DNA of 64,000 nt from Camelus ferus (lineage: Eukaryota). Each line of letters opens with the position of its first letter. Positions within the stretch are counted from its first letter, which is position 1. The position numbers were made by a program, and so were the translations under genes. The DNA is taken from positions 78,494,001 through 78,558,000 of the forward strand of contig NC_045697.1 in the NCBI RefSeq assembly GCF_009834535.1, in the 5' to 3' direction. Below are positions 26,511-39,783 of the stretch, in pieces. The notes below the pieces were generated by a model. That model searched no databases, was not told the origin of the DNA, and saw only the letters and a list, made by a program, of their open reading frames with translations.

Positions 26511-29500
26511 GGTAAGTACCATGTGAATGTGCCATAACTCAATATGCTTTTCATGGAACCAAAGTACATGTTCTTGTAACTAGAATTTTACAATTAGGGC
26601 ATATAGGTTTGGGAGTACAATGGGAAGGATGCATCTGCTATTCCTTTGGAAAATAAATTTAAGAGAAGCTATTATGACAGATTACAGTTTGTCTTTTAAA
26701 AATTTATAATGTTTCTGGAAGGATTCTAAGTTGTAGCAGTGAAGTGTTGGATTTCTTGCTATTTTGAATCAGGGAACTCTAAGCATTTCTGCTATGCTCA
26801 CCAATCTGTGTATATTATGTATGTTTGTTGTGAAAGTTGATGTCTACAGCCAGGCAAAAATGGCATTTCATGTGTTTCTTTGTGGATGGATCTGGAAAGG
26901 GAAGAAACAAACTTTTTCATGCTTAAGAACTGATTGCAGCCATATGATCTTTTCAACATCAATGTGATGAACAGAGAAGGATGCCTCATTAGCTTTATAA
27001 AGAAGATCATCCATTAAAAACATGAGCTGGGGCACCCATGGTGCTCAGCATCAGGTACTAATCACAGACACATACTTCACAGGTTCTGGTGTTTTTGTTT
27101 GAAAGCGTTGCTGCCACAGCATCGTACAGTCACCGCCCGGACACATTGTTGACAAGAACTGCCAAGCACCTCAACGTCATTTTTCACACAAGAAAGCAAC
27201 AGAGAGTTGGAAACTGTCTCCGACATGACACCGCTGATACTTTTTCAGCTGGAGCACAGATACTCTTCCATTTGTACCCTCTTAGCTAACTCACAGATTT
27301 TTTCAACATTCCTCTAGTTCTAGGAAACGCAAATAAAATAAGAAATGTGTGGCTATGACACCACTTTAAACATGTCATCCATTTTATACTAAACCTCATA
27401 CGTTTGTTGGAGTTGGGGGTCTCTCTCTCTTTTTTTTTTTTTTTTTTGACATTTTAGTACAGAAAATAAAATATGAGAGTAGACTTGTACGAACAAGACA
27501 AAATATCGCTTTGTGTATTTTTCAGGTAGTTTTGATTTTGACTGTGAAAAAAATGTTTCACTGCATAAGTATTATGTGACTTGTTTATGAATCTAACTCT
27601 AGACGGTTTCCTATGAATGCTGAGTCTATTCGATTTACCCTGATCCAAAGGGAGAGTGAGACTTCTCTAGGCTCAAACCTTCCTTTTTGTCTCCCAAAGC
27701 CAAGATTACTCTTTCTATTTAGTAGAATTGCTCTTCTGAATGTAGTAAGTAGCCTGTGCAGTCTCGGAAGTAGAATAGCAAAGTGTTCCTGTGGGCAAGG
27801 ACACCCCGGGGTTATGTAACTCAGAGGTTTTCATCCTTAATACCTCAGACACTGTATGATATTCAATCTGTGTTACTGATTTCATTTGTTGACTACCTTT
27901 ACAATTTAAAATAGTCAATAGAACAATAAAATATTCAATACAGAGTAGCTCTTGTGGCATTTTTACAATGATTTTCCTGCTTTTGTCTTTTAAATGAGGG
28001 CGAACGTAGTATAACTTTCTAGGAACAACTGCTTTCTGGAATCAAGTATTATGAAAGTATTATTAACTATTTCAGATTAAATAGATGCATTCAATTAAAT
28101 AATTACTCAAATCCAAAGATGCAGTATTAGTGAGTGGAAAGAAATATGTGAACAGTAGGTCCCCAGATTTGATCTATGACTTGGACTAGAATGAAAAGAT
28201 AAGGAGTATGTTTCCCTTACTTCTTATAAGTAAGGGGAAGGTGGTATAAGAGTGCTAAGTGGGTGGGTTTAAATCACAACAACTTCCAAAATTACCAGCG
28301 AACACCCACATATGCATCTCAGCAGAGTTCAGCAACACGATACTGGTAACAGGATTGAGACATGAAAGTGACATCATTCTACTTCGTGTTTTTCTAATTT
28401 GTAGGAATAACTGGGATTTAGAAATCAATTTAGGCAGATAATTGTGTATTTGAAACCATGCTTGTGACATGGAATCCTATTTTCCCTCCTCTTCCCTTCA
28501 TTGAAAGCCAATCACGGATCATGTTCCATGTAGAGAAATTTCTTCCAAATCAATGGCTTGTATTTCCATACGATATAAAATGTGTACCTATGTTTGTGAA
28601 AAAAGGTTTCAAAAGTTGGTATTTCCTTTTGGTGGACAGCTTTCTCCCGTAGCAGTTTCTTGCTAATCTGTCTTCACTTTTTATCTTTAGCATATTTTAG
28701 ACTATAAAATAATAGTCTTCAAAAATCAATAAATTCTTAATATGCATTAGAGTCTCTGAATATTACTGCAAGTTCTACTCTGTGTTGGTTATACAAATAC
28801 ACAAATGAGCAGGCCTTGAAGCCACCCACATCCTGGGACATACTAAACACAAATCAAGCCCCCATTATGAAACAAGAATCAAATCCACATCCTCTGTGCC
28901 ACACATTGAAATTCTTGCCTTTTTTTAGCTAATATGTATGTCAGTGCTTCAGTTTTTTTTCTTTTTGTGAACTTGCAGCCTCAGATGTTAGTTAAGTTTT
29001 ACTCTTCTTCAAAAGCATTTATTTGAAAAACATGGGAATGGAAAATGAACAGGCTAAACTAATTAGGATATGCAAATGTGGTTCAGTGGGTCTGCTTTTT
29101 AAGTGAATCATACTTATTTGAATACACAAATAAAAGAAAATTTGTTTCAGTAACAATCTGGAAGTGAGCTCATGTGGAACAAATAAGGGCTTAAATTATA
29201 AGGATTAACTTTTCAGAATCGACTTTGCAGTTCACCTTTTTAATAGAAGGAAATGTTGACTTGAGCCAGAGGCCCCATTTGGCATTCAGCGAGGTATGGT
29301 GAGCCACAGAATGCTTACCAAGTTCTTGTCCTCATTTAAAGTGAATGAAGAGATGGAAGAAAGGGCCTTATGCGGATTTACTTACTTTTTTCGAGACAGT
29401 TGAGGGGCTAGCAGGTGCAAATTTATAACTATATAACACAGGCACCACCTTTCTTGTTTAAAAAAATATGTATTTTAAATCATAGAGTGGGAAACATTTG

Positions 29501-29546
29501 GCAAGTTCATTCCCAACACTGTTCTTGATGCAGAAAGGACCACAAG

Positions 29547-29613
29547 TGACATTAAAAGAGAGAAATGACATTAAAAGAAAAGGGGGAAAATGACTTTAAA
29601 AGAGAAAAAGAAA
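29547..29613. repeat. Three imperfect direct repeats of tgac(a/t)ttaaaaga
   Basis: Units start at 29547, 29566 and 29591. Confidence 0.7.
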
Positions 29614-31087
29614 TCAAGGCAAAATAATATATAGAAGAAATGGATTGTGAGGCTATTTTAGACTGGGAATCTATCCCCAAAGGACTAATGTTATATTTAA
29701 TATTTCGGATTCATTTTACACAGATAGAAGGATTGGAATTTATTAAGTCATAGTTAAATCAAAGAACAAACCAGATTGATGAAAAATGTTATTCTAGGGC
29801 ACTTACCACTTAGTTAACGTCTGCCTTTTTTTTGTAGGAGTACTCTAGTTTTTATATGTGGTTACTTAACAAAACCTATTTAATTTAAAACATTGCATTA
29901 TTCCTAGGAGATAATCCAATGCTCTGTATTAGATCACCTACCTTTAGAATCTAGAATATTGTTTCATTTGTTCCTCATTCAAACTACAAATATTTGTTCA
30001 GCTCCAACTATCTGCCACTCATTCCCAAGATGCCTTGGGGAGTACAAAGGTGACTATGACATGGTCATGACCTACACTCAGCCAGCAGTTTTGTGGAGGA
30101 GACCATGTCTGAAACACTTATTCTCCAAAGAAACATGCCCAGCTATGACACTCTATCTGCATGAGTTGATATGCTTGAGGGCTTATTTTCTGACTGGAGG
30201 GGAGTGACAGAAACATTGATACACAAATGCCTAGGAGACAGAAAAAAAATGAAAGCAATAGAAAGTAGCTTCCTTGTTGATTACATGTTGATACCATGGG
30301 CTGATTTTGAGTCCTTGTGGAGGTGAAGAATATAGGAAGAAGCTAAAGGAAATATTTTCAAGAGAGCTGTAGAAAGTTCGGATGAAAGTAATGTTGCTTC
30401 AAAGCAGAGATATAAAGATGTAATCCAAACTTAGGGAAATTCAGTGTTTTCTGATAATTTCCTTTTACCTCAGAATATTGTGATTCTGTCCAGTCAGTGG
30501 GTCCAAATGGGATATGCTACAGATAGTGGGGAAGCCCTACACTTGGTTTTCTCAGAGATTAAGTACAATAGACCTGTTAATAAGCCAACATGGTACATCT
30601 GCTGCAGAAACTTGGTGGAAAGACAGAAGAGCTTAAAGGTCTAAGTGTGCAAAGGAGCACACAGAGCTCCCCCCCACTCCTGCACCGCCATGAACTCTCA
30701 GACATAAACGGAGAGACTCTGTGGAATGGGAGTGACTTAAAGCCCAAAGTCATGCAGTGGGAACTAGTGAGTGAATGAAATACACGCAGGGGCATTAAAG
30801 TGAATTTCAACTTTACGGTTATTTAGCTTTTCCATAAATGATGACATGATAAGTGCAGATTAGTGCTGTGAACTGTGAGTTGTCTGATCTCAACAACCAA
30901 GTATTTCCAAAACGTCCTCTCACTTGCAGACTGAGAGTTTAGACCGTGTAACTTTGAGTACAAAACCTGCCCTGAATGTACAGCTCTAAGTTTAGCACAT
31001 AAGAGAATGATTAATTATAAAATCAGGGAGGGATCTGGAATGCCTACACTGGGTGACATTTATATTTAATAAATTTTGACAACTCAC

Positions 31088-31310
31088 TTTTTAAATAAAT
31101 TTTATTTTTATTTTATATATTTTTAATTCTTTTCTTTTTTTCTTTTCTTCTTTTTTTTTTTGAGGGGGGAGGTAATTAGGTTTAATATTTTTATTTTATT
31201 TTATTTTTTTTATGGAGGTAATGGGGGATTGAACCCAGGACCTTATGTATGCTAATCCAGGACTTCATGCATGCTAAGCGCATGCTTTATCACTGAGCTA
31301 TACCCTCCCC
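31088..31310 (-). mobile_element. tRNA-derived SINE (Vic-1-like), antisense, with a long T-rich tail and an internal duplication
   Basis: ggaggtaattaggttt..ggattgaacccaggacc..cactgagctataccctcccc; ccaggac(ct/tt)..atgctaa occurs twice. Confidence 0.9.
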
Positions 31311-31316
31311 GCTTCC

Positions 31317-31371
31317 TTTTTTTTTTTTTAATGGAGGTACTGGGGATTGAACCCAGGACCTCTGAGCTATA
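31317..31371 (-). mobile_element. Second SINE copy, internally deleted
   Basis: T-run + aatggaggtactggggattgaacccaggacc joined to ctgagctata. Confidence 0.8.
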
Positions 31372-31373
31372 GC

Positions 31374-31458
31374 TTGTATATGTATGACTAAACTACTATG
31401 TTGTACACCAGAAATTGACACAACATTGTAAACTGACTATATTTCAATTAAAAAAAAA
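31374..31458 (+). mobile_element. Short L1 3'-end fragment with an A-tail
   Basis: tgtatgact..tgtacaccagaaattgacacaacattgtaaactgactatatttcaattaaaaaaaaa. Confidence 0.85.
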
Positions 31459-34400
31459 TTAAGGCAGTGATTAATGCTAGGAAAACAAACATTCAAAAAT
31501 GTTGACAACTAGGAAGAAGGAAGTTACTAAGCTGAGGGGAAGAGACACAGTTATGTCAGATAATAGCAAACAGCCTCACTTTCTGAAGTCTGGAACACAG
31601 GTCACAAAAAAGGTAAGTTTGTGCTGAAAAAGTAGGCTAAAACCAGGTCACATATTTGCCTGACTACCATCCCAAGGACTTCAAAATTAATACTGTTAGT
31701 AGCAGTTCAAGGGTCTCTGACTTGGCAAGTGTGAAAATTTGCATTTTAGGGAGAATATCCTATTCTTAGTGAAAGGTTACATTTTTCAGAAGATGGATTG
31801 GAGGCGAGAAGAATAATTACGAGTCTATTCCAATAATCCAGATGAAAAATTAGGTAATGATCAAACTGCATAAACAGAATTGACAGTGCTTCCATGGGTA
31901 CAGAAGTTGAAGAAAGGGCAGAAGAGAAAGATGACTTACATGGTCATCTGGAAGACTGGAATCCATTCTCATAAGTTCGTTAGTGTGATTGGTGTGGAGA
32001 AAAGTAGACGGTATTTAAGGGGAGGCTTAAGCAGAACACCACCCTGACCTGGTGATGATCAAGAGATCATCTAGTGCTGATGACCATGGCTAGTATGAGA
32101 ATTACCAGTTCTTTGAATCTGTAGAGACCACTAGGCATGATTTCCATCACACTCTCAAGTTGTCTGATAGAGGTAAGGAAACAACAACAACAAAAAGCCA
32201 ACTAAAGGTGTTACTGGTTACTGGATCAGATTAACATTTGTATGAAAAATTGCTGTAGGACTTGTGGGAACCAATGGGATTCTCTACGTTTGCCTACATT
32301 AACCACAAGCTTAAATTGCTCACATGATATACTTTTGTTCGGAGTCATCCTTCAAAGGTCTCAGAGTGGGAACTTGTCCCAAGTGGAAATTATCCCAAGT
32401 TTGTCTCGTTTTAACTGCACATAGTTCTGAAGGGAGAATTAGAATAGAAAGTGCAACCAAGCAAGATCAAGAGCAGACCCAAAGAAGTGAATAAAGTCAC
32501 ACTGATAAATGGCTATAAGAGCCTTTTAATACCTTCTAAAAAAAAACATCAGAACGAAATTCCAATCCCAATACTGTGGCTTAACAGTTGCTAGACCTTC
32601 TGTAGATCAGTGTTCCTTCTCTTTAGGTATCATAAGAGGCTTCCCTTAAAATCCAAGGGAATTTGATTGAGTTAGAAGTCCTGATCTGAGCTAAAACTAT
32701 GCGTTCTCTACCCCACAGGCACCTGGGAAGGGAAAAGCCAAATGTGTAAGCATATCCTATAGTCTTTAGATTGGAGTTTAAGCTTCGAAGTTCAAGCTGA
32801 TGAACCCAAAGAGAAGTGGGCACAAGAGAGGTGTTATCAAGTCAGAAGCACATCAAAGAGAAGCACGTGACTGTAAGTGCAGATACAGTATTTAAGCTCA
32901 TTTTCGCTGATGCCCAGAACAAGGACCATGAACATACAGACAAGCTTAAATAGATTAAGGCAAAAACTTAGAAAATAGAGATGGTATCGGAACTCAAGGG
33001 AGATCATCCTGCATTTCTAAAATAGAAACATGCATGAAGAATAAAAAATAGAATTTAGAACTAGAGATGGAAATTTAAGAATTAGTCTCATACAGATAAT
33101 AGAAGACAAAGAATGATGTTGAGTGGGAAGAGAAAAAAACTACATACTTTATCTCTCTAATAAGATATGGATTATATATTTATATTTTAATCATTTATCT
33201 GAGAATGACTGAAAAAAAAATCCCTAATCCTTGGTTTAGGAATTAGCATAGAGATATCACCCTCTGCACACTGGGAATTCTGTGGTGATGAATATATAAT
33301 CCTAAACAGAAAATCAAACATGCTTGAATAATAGGGGTAGGGAAAGGATGTATACTAAATTTTAAAATTTACCAACAAAATTTGGTGCTAAACAGGTATT
33401 TTGAGTTTCTTTTCCTATTTCGATGCACATTGTATGATCAGAAAAACCCAACACTATTTCTACTGTGTTCCAAACCGATAGATGAGCTCAAGATGTATTC
33501 GCGTGTGGTAAACTCATGGGATTTTCAGAGCACCATAAAAGCTTTTTATCGTACACTCCAACACTGTCATCCACAGTTAGCTAGCAAATATGATAGGTTT
33601 TTAATTTAATCCACCCCATCCTTGCCAGTGCTGCTTGTCTGTTACGTCACCTTTCTGTGGGCCAAGGGTTTGTTTTCCCCACATAGCTTTCACGAAGCTG
33701 CTGACAGCCCTCCTGACTGAGAAACTGTAGAACAGCGATCTTCCAGTTCATTTGGTGGTACTGACAAAGAGAGCTGTTGATACCCTGATGCAAAGGCTTT
33801 CTATCAGGCATTACATAGTGTCTGTGTTCTCAGCATGTTGGGGGCGTGATAAGTCATAGCACATGCTTTCTGACATCTCGCTGCCTTTCACTGCTGTGTG
33901 GAGTTTCCCGCAGTTGAAATCAGGGTGACAGAAAGTAAAAAGCCAAGTGTGACATCATCAGCAACTGGTAGCAGTCACTGTATCATAAATAATATTTTGC
34001 AGACGTGCAAATAAAATGAAGTTGTGAAAAGTTCACCACAATCTCTTTGAAGCAAATTTGCAATCGACGGTTTCACTCATTTCCACACACCAATTTTAGC
34101 CAAGTCATGACAATACACAGAAATATCTGTGGTGTTTTACATTGAGAAGTCAAAGGACCAAGGTACTTGGTAAGTCTACTCAGTGAAAGAGCTGGGGATT
34201 TTTTTTTTAACAAAGTGAAAAAAAGTTTTGTTTGGTTTTGTTTTTTTAGAAATAGCTTCTCTCTTCAAAGTGGGATCACGTATCAGCGCCTGTAGGTCCC
34301 ACAAAGCAATGGGTGGCACTGCACAGGAGGTGGCTCTGCTGTGGATGGAATGTCCCCTGATTATGATTACGCTTTGGTATTAATAAGGACGGCAGCTGCA

Positions 34401-34631
34401 GCAATCTGTTCAATTTTATGCAAATTAGCCCTGGCCCTCTGGCTTCTGGCTAGTGGCCAAGGCAGCCTTCGGCTGGGCAAAGTTTGGCTTTATGCTTTAT
34501 TCTACTGCTGCAAAGGTTTATTTAATTATCTGTATTTATTTAAAGCAGAACAGTACAAAGCAATTCTGCTTCTTGGTCAACTTTGTGATGGCTGAATTGT
34601 GTCGGATTTCGCACCCATCCACAAGCTCGTT

Positions 34632-34663
34632 TGAATCACTGAATATGTGAATCACTGAATATG
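34632..34663. repeat. 16-bp perfect tandem duplication
   Basis: tgaatcactgaatatg x2. Confidence 0.92.
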
Positions 34664-34859
34664 ACCCTGAAAAGCAGGAAGGGTGGACTCTACTCCTTGC
34701 TTTCTGTAACAATCAAGGGCTCACAGTAGTTTCTCTTCGCTGTCCCACTGAAGATCTGTGAAATCAAATAATGCCGGTATCTTTTAACTGACATTGTAAA
34801 TCTTTAGTAGCTGGGACTTAGTTGGGGAGACAATCTGAATCAGAGAACTTGATTTACAT

Positions 34860-35185
34860 AATATTTTAAAGAAATGGGTGAAGGTGGTCCAAAAGTACAA
34901 ACTTCTGGTAACAAAACAGAAAGTCCTAGGGATGTAATACACAGAATGGAGACTTTAGTTAATAATGCTGTAGTATGTATTTGAAAGGTATTAGAAGAAT
35001 AAATCCTAAAAAGTCTAACCACGAGAAAAAATTTTGTAACTATGTGTGGTGATGGATGTTAACTGTACTTACTGTGCTGAACATTTCACAATGGATGCAC
35101 ATAATGAATCTTTATGTTACACACCTGAAACTAATATAATGTGATATGTTAGTCCTATCTCAATAAAAATATTGTGAAAGAAATG
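34860..35185 (+). mobile_element. L1 3' UTR fragment (L1MA9-like) with a degenerate TSD
   Basis: gggtgaaggtggtccaaaagtacaaacttc..gtaactatgtgtggtgatggatgttaac..cacctgaaactaatataat..tctcaataaa; flanks aatattttaaagaaatg / aatattgtgaaagaaatg. Confidence 0.85.
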
Positions 35186-38030
35186 CTTATCTATTATTTC
35201 CAGTTATATATACTCAACAACCCAAAATAATCTAGCAAGATATGGTCAGCCACATGTTCCTGTGTGCCCATTTTCATGCATCCATATAATGATTTGTAAT
35301 TATCATCTCAATTTTATATACCTGCTATATAAAATGTTAAAAATAATTTATTGTCCTCTTGTGTGAATGAATTAATCATTCTCTTTACAGACTTACTTAC
35401 AATAAAATTAGTTGGTGGAGCAAACCAATTTCTTACTGAAGCAAACCTGAGCCCAGCTCATGACTTAATCCTCAAATACCAGAATTAATCAGGTTATAGC
35501 CAAATTTTAAAATGTAGTTACTGGCCGCCAAAATTCACCAATTATAATCCATCAATAACAAAATTCATCAATTTTGTATGCAGTGAAGGCCTATGAGACG
35601 TGGCTTGGCACTCATTCTGAATTTGCTTTACGTGTTTCATAATAATTTTATTTGTGATCCTTCTTGGTTTTCATAAATTTACAGTTTTCATAAAGACCAT
35701 TAATGAAATATTTCATAGGGCATTTGGGGTAGGGGGCTCCTGCATCCTATTTGACCAGCTAAGTCATCTGCAGTCATACTAAAAGCCACAAAATATGCAG
35801 GAATAGCACCCACCATTTTCAGCTACTTGTACTAAGATTTCTGCATTAGATTGTTCCTCCTTCCTGTTAATCTAGGCTCTTATGGGCCTTCTTTTATTTT
35901 AAGCACAGATTCAGCTGACAGCCAGCACTTGTTCTGGTTTTGAATCAAACGCTGGCAGTGTTCCCAGAATATGAACCAGTTGTTTCTTCTACACACTCTC
36001 TCCTTGTCCCCCACCAACCCAACTGCTTTCAGAGCAACGTGCCGTAACCAAACTTACACCCGCTTTAATGAGAATTTAAAGTGCATGAATCAAAGCAGTG
36101 CTTCTCAGGCAGCCACCGACTCTCTCTGGGGCAAATTAAGACAGTTGATACGCAATGTAGTGAAAGAAAAGGCAGAAAAAAAAGTGTGCAGGAGACATCT
36201 CTTTCAAACTGAAGCGCAGAAAGGATGTATGTATAAACAAGTTTTCCCTGAATTATCCATTCCTCCCCCCTTTTTTTTAGCTATTAGAAATCTCATCTAA
36301 GAATTGCCCTAACTGTTCTCACTGGAACTGACAGCAACTACCCTTTCATTCTTCTGATAATAACCTACACCTTAATTTCAACTTCCCATCCCTTTTTTTT
36401 TTGCTACAATGGGTCTTTAGTAGAACAGTATTTCTGCTCTCATGGTGAAGGATACCATAATCCATGTCTATTATGCACCCTGTTCAATAAGAATACTTTC
36501 TAAAGTTCTGAGAGGATGTTTTCCTTTAAGGCATTCTTGGACAAGGATTTGGAGGACACTGTAATAGTGGGATCCTATAGAAATTTGAATTTATACCACA
36601 ATGCTAAGAGATCAATCATTATTTTCAGTAAGAAGCTTTTATGCGTCTAATTCTTTTACATTATGAAACATCACCACTTAATTTAGCTTTTGAAAAATGC
36701 TGATTTTAGAATGTTCACATTTATAAAACAAAAAATGTAAGTAATATAAATATGTAATAAGAGAGGACTGATTAAACACATTATGGCACATTTAATATAT
36801 GATCATATAGGCAAAACTAGAGACAAGGAAGGACTGTGATATTTGACAAGGTGAAGATGGAAGGTTCTATTAGTTTCTATTTTACACACACACACACAGA
36901 TGATTGAAAGATTCACGTGCATGTATCAGGGCTGCATATTTAAACTCTGCTCCACAGATGGGAAATAAATATAACTTCTTTATTTTCTTCAAGTGATCTA
37001 ATTTCCTCACTATTTCCCATGCTTCTGGGCTGAAAGAGATAGATAGATGGGGATAAATTGCTAATAACAATCAGGTTTTTCCAGTTTAAAAGTCAGTTCA
37101 AAAGATCCAGTACATTTGGGGAAAATGCTTTGTTAGTTTTTGGAATTTCTCTATTCTCCCTCAGATTCTCTCTAGATGACATATGGGTGGATGGAAAATT
37201 ATATGACTTTCTGGTTGTTGAGGAGAAAGACTTCCTTTTTCCACAATGGCCTTTTATCTGTACTAACTTCTGCAGCTCATTTCTCCCTGCCCTTGCTCTG
37301 GTGCACATTAAGGAGACACTGGTCCCATCTGCTCTCTTAGTGTTCCATGCTATTACCAACCCCTCCTGCTCGTGGCCTTGACTACTCAAGTCTCGTTTCA
37401 AAGTCCCCAATCACATGGCCTCTTTGTCCATGTACCGTGCTTCTGCTGGTCCCCCAGCAAACCTTACAATGATATGTCCCTTCAAGGAATCTCACTGGGA
37501 TTTCTGGACCACAGTTAGCCTTCCAAAGGCCACGGGGAGCCAGAAGTCCTCTGTCAGGCTCACTTCCCACTGTCCATGTTCTGCTCCTCATCATTCACCC
37601 TGCTGGTTGTGGTACCAAACTGGAGTTGGGCTTCTTCCAGCAGCTTGAATCATTTCCCATATTCGCCTAGGGAATCGACATTAGCTTCAGTGTTCTCAAG
37701 ATCGCCCCACACCTATTCACATGGCTCAACAGCATCCACCTTCAAAATTAGTCCAAGGTGCAATGGGAATGGAATGCTAGCACCTGATTAATTCCTCCTG
37801 CCTCTTCATTTCTTCTTTCGGGACCACTCTAGGCCGGAAGGGGTGGGCTTTCAGTTCCTCCTCCTCTCTAAAAGGGGCATCTCCTCCTCCCTGGGGGCAT
37901 TAGAGCTCACAGTTTGCTCTTAATGATGGGAAAACCATACTCCTATACAGGTAAGTGCTGCTTTTACTATCAATGTAGTAAGACAACTAGGAACTAGGGA
38001 TTCCTAAAAACAGAAACACATCATTACATT

Positions 38031-38984
38031 AAACATTCATTAGCCCTAGAAGACTTAAATAAGCAATTCTCCAATGAAGACATACGAATGACCAACAGGC
38101 ACATGAAAAAATGCTCAATATCGCTAATTATCAGAGAAATGCAAATCAAAACTACCATGAGGTATCACCACACACCAGTCTGAATGGCCATCATTCAAAA
38201 GTCCACAAATGATAAATGCTGGAGAGGCTGTGAAGAAAAGGGAACCCTCCTACACTGCTGGTGGGAATGTAGTTTGGTGCAGCCACTGTGGAAAACAGTA
38301 TGTAGATTCCTCAAAAGACAAAACACAGACTTACCATATGACCCAGCAATCCCACTCCTGGGCATATATCCACAGGGAACCCTAATTCAAAAAGATACCT
38401 GCACCCCAATGTTCACAGCAGCACTATTTACAACAGCCAAGACATGGAAACAGACTAAATGTCCATCAACAGATGACTAGATAAAGAAGATGTGGTATAT
38501 TTACACAATGGAATACTACTCAGCCATAAAAATGACAACATAACACCATTTGCAGCAACATGGATGTCCCTGGAGAATGCCATTCTAAGTGAAGTAAGAC
38601 AGAAAGAGAAAGAAAAATACCCTATGATATCACTCATACGTGGAATCTAAAAAAAAATGACAAATGAACTTATATATAAAACAGAAACAGACTCACAGAC
38701 ATAGAATACAGACTTTTCGTTGCCAGGGTGGAGGGGGTGGGAAAGAATAAACTGGGAGTTCAAGATTTGCAGATACTGAGTGGTATATATAAAATAGATA
38801 AACAAGTTTTTACTGTATAGCACAGGAAAATATATTTAATCTATTGTAGTAGCTCACGGTGAGAAAGAATATGAAAATGAATATATGTACATTCATGTAT
38901 GACTGAAGAATTGTGCTGTACACCAGAAATTAACAAAATATTATAAACTAACTATAACTCAATTAAAAAAAATTCATCAGCCTT
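38031..38984 (+). mobile_element. 5'-truncated L1 (ORF2 C-terminus plus 3' UTR) with a diverged TSD
   Basis: ORF 38184-38480 [18 protein letters not shown], with in-frame stops; flanks aaacattcattagccct (38031-38047) / aaaaattcatcagcctt (38968-38984), 14/17 identical. Confidence 0.95.
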
Positions 38985-39741
38985 GTTATAAAGAGGCATA
39001 TTTACATGCACATTTATACATAGGAGTAGAGACATATATATGTGCATAAGTAGCATGTTGTATATTATGAAATGAACATTATAAAATATTTATACTTTTA
39101 TATTTATACATAATTTATATTTTATAACATACCAAAATGTTATCATTATTCAATCTGAGCAATAAGATTATAAGTTATTTCTATTTTCTTCCTCATGTTT
39201 TAAATATATAAATTTTCTAAAATTAGTGCATATTATTTTATAATAGAAATAATTTATCAAACAAGAAAATGCCTTATTGCAAAACATTTATACACCAGGC
39301 TAAGAATTTGGTCTCTTTTAAGTAGCATTTTCCATAATATTTAAAATCTTTCTAGTCGGAGCAATAGCAAAATCACTTAAAAATACAATTTAAAATGTCC
39401 AAGGATTTAAATGTTTAAGTAATTCCTCAGGATATATATGCTGAGTTGGTCATGATATTTTACATTTTGCATTTTACACTTAGCAGAGGTAGCCCTTGTT
39501 TCCCATTTGAAGATGGAAGCTCTGGGTAGTTACCTACAGACGATGCTGGACCATTCCTCTCTCCATCCTCCTGGCAGCGGCCATCTAAGGGTATCACTAG
39601 TCAAGTGGGTTTAGCCTTTCTGGGCAATCATCAAGAATGTTAAGTGGTGTCTACCAAGGCTGATCTGCATGTGGACTTCTGGATGTGTTCAGCTTCTCCC
39701 ATCTGAAAATCACAACTCATCTTGTCATCTTCCTCCCCTAG

Positions 39742-39783
39742 ACACACACACACACACTCACACACACACACACACACACTCAC
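39742..39783. repeat. (CA)n microsatellite, interrupted
   Basis: Seen directly. Confidence 0.95.

Noticed and set aside
28214..28236. Hairpin cccttactt-cttat-aagtaaggg
   Set aside because: A 9-bp stem with no supporting context; not distinguishable from chance.
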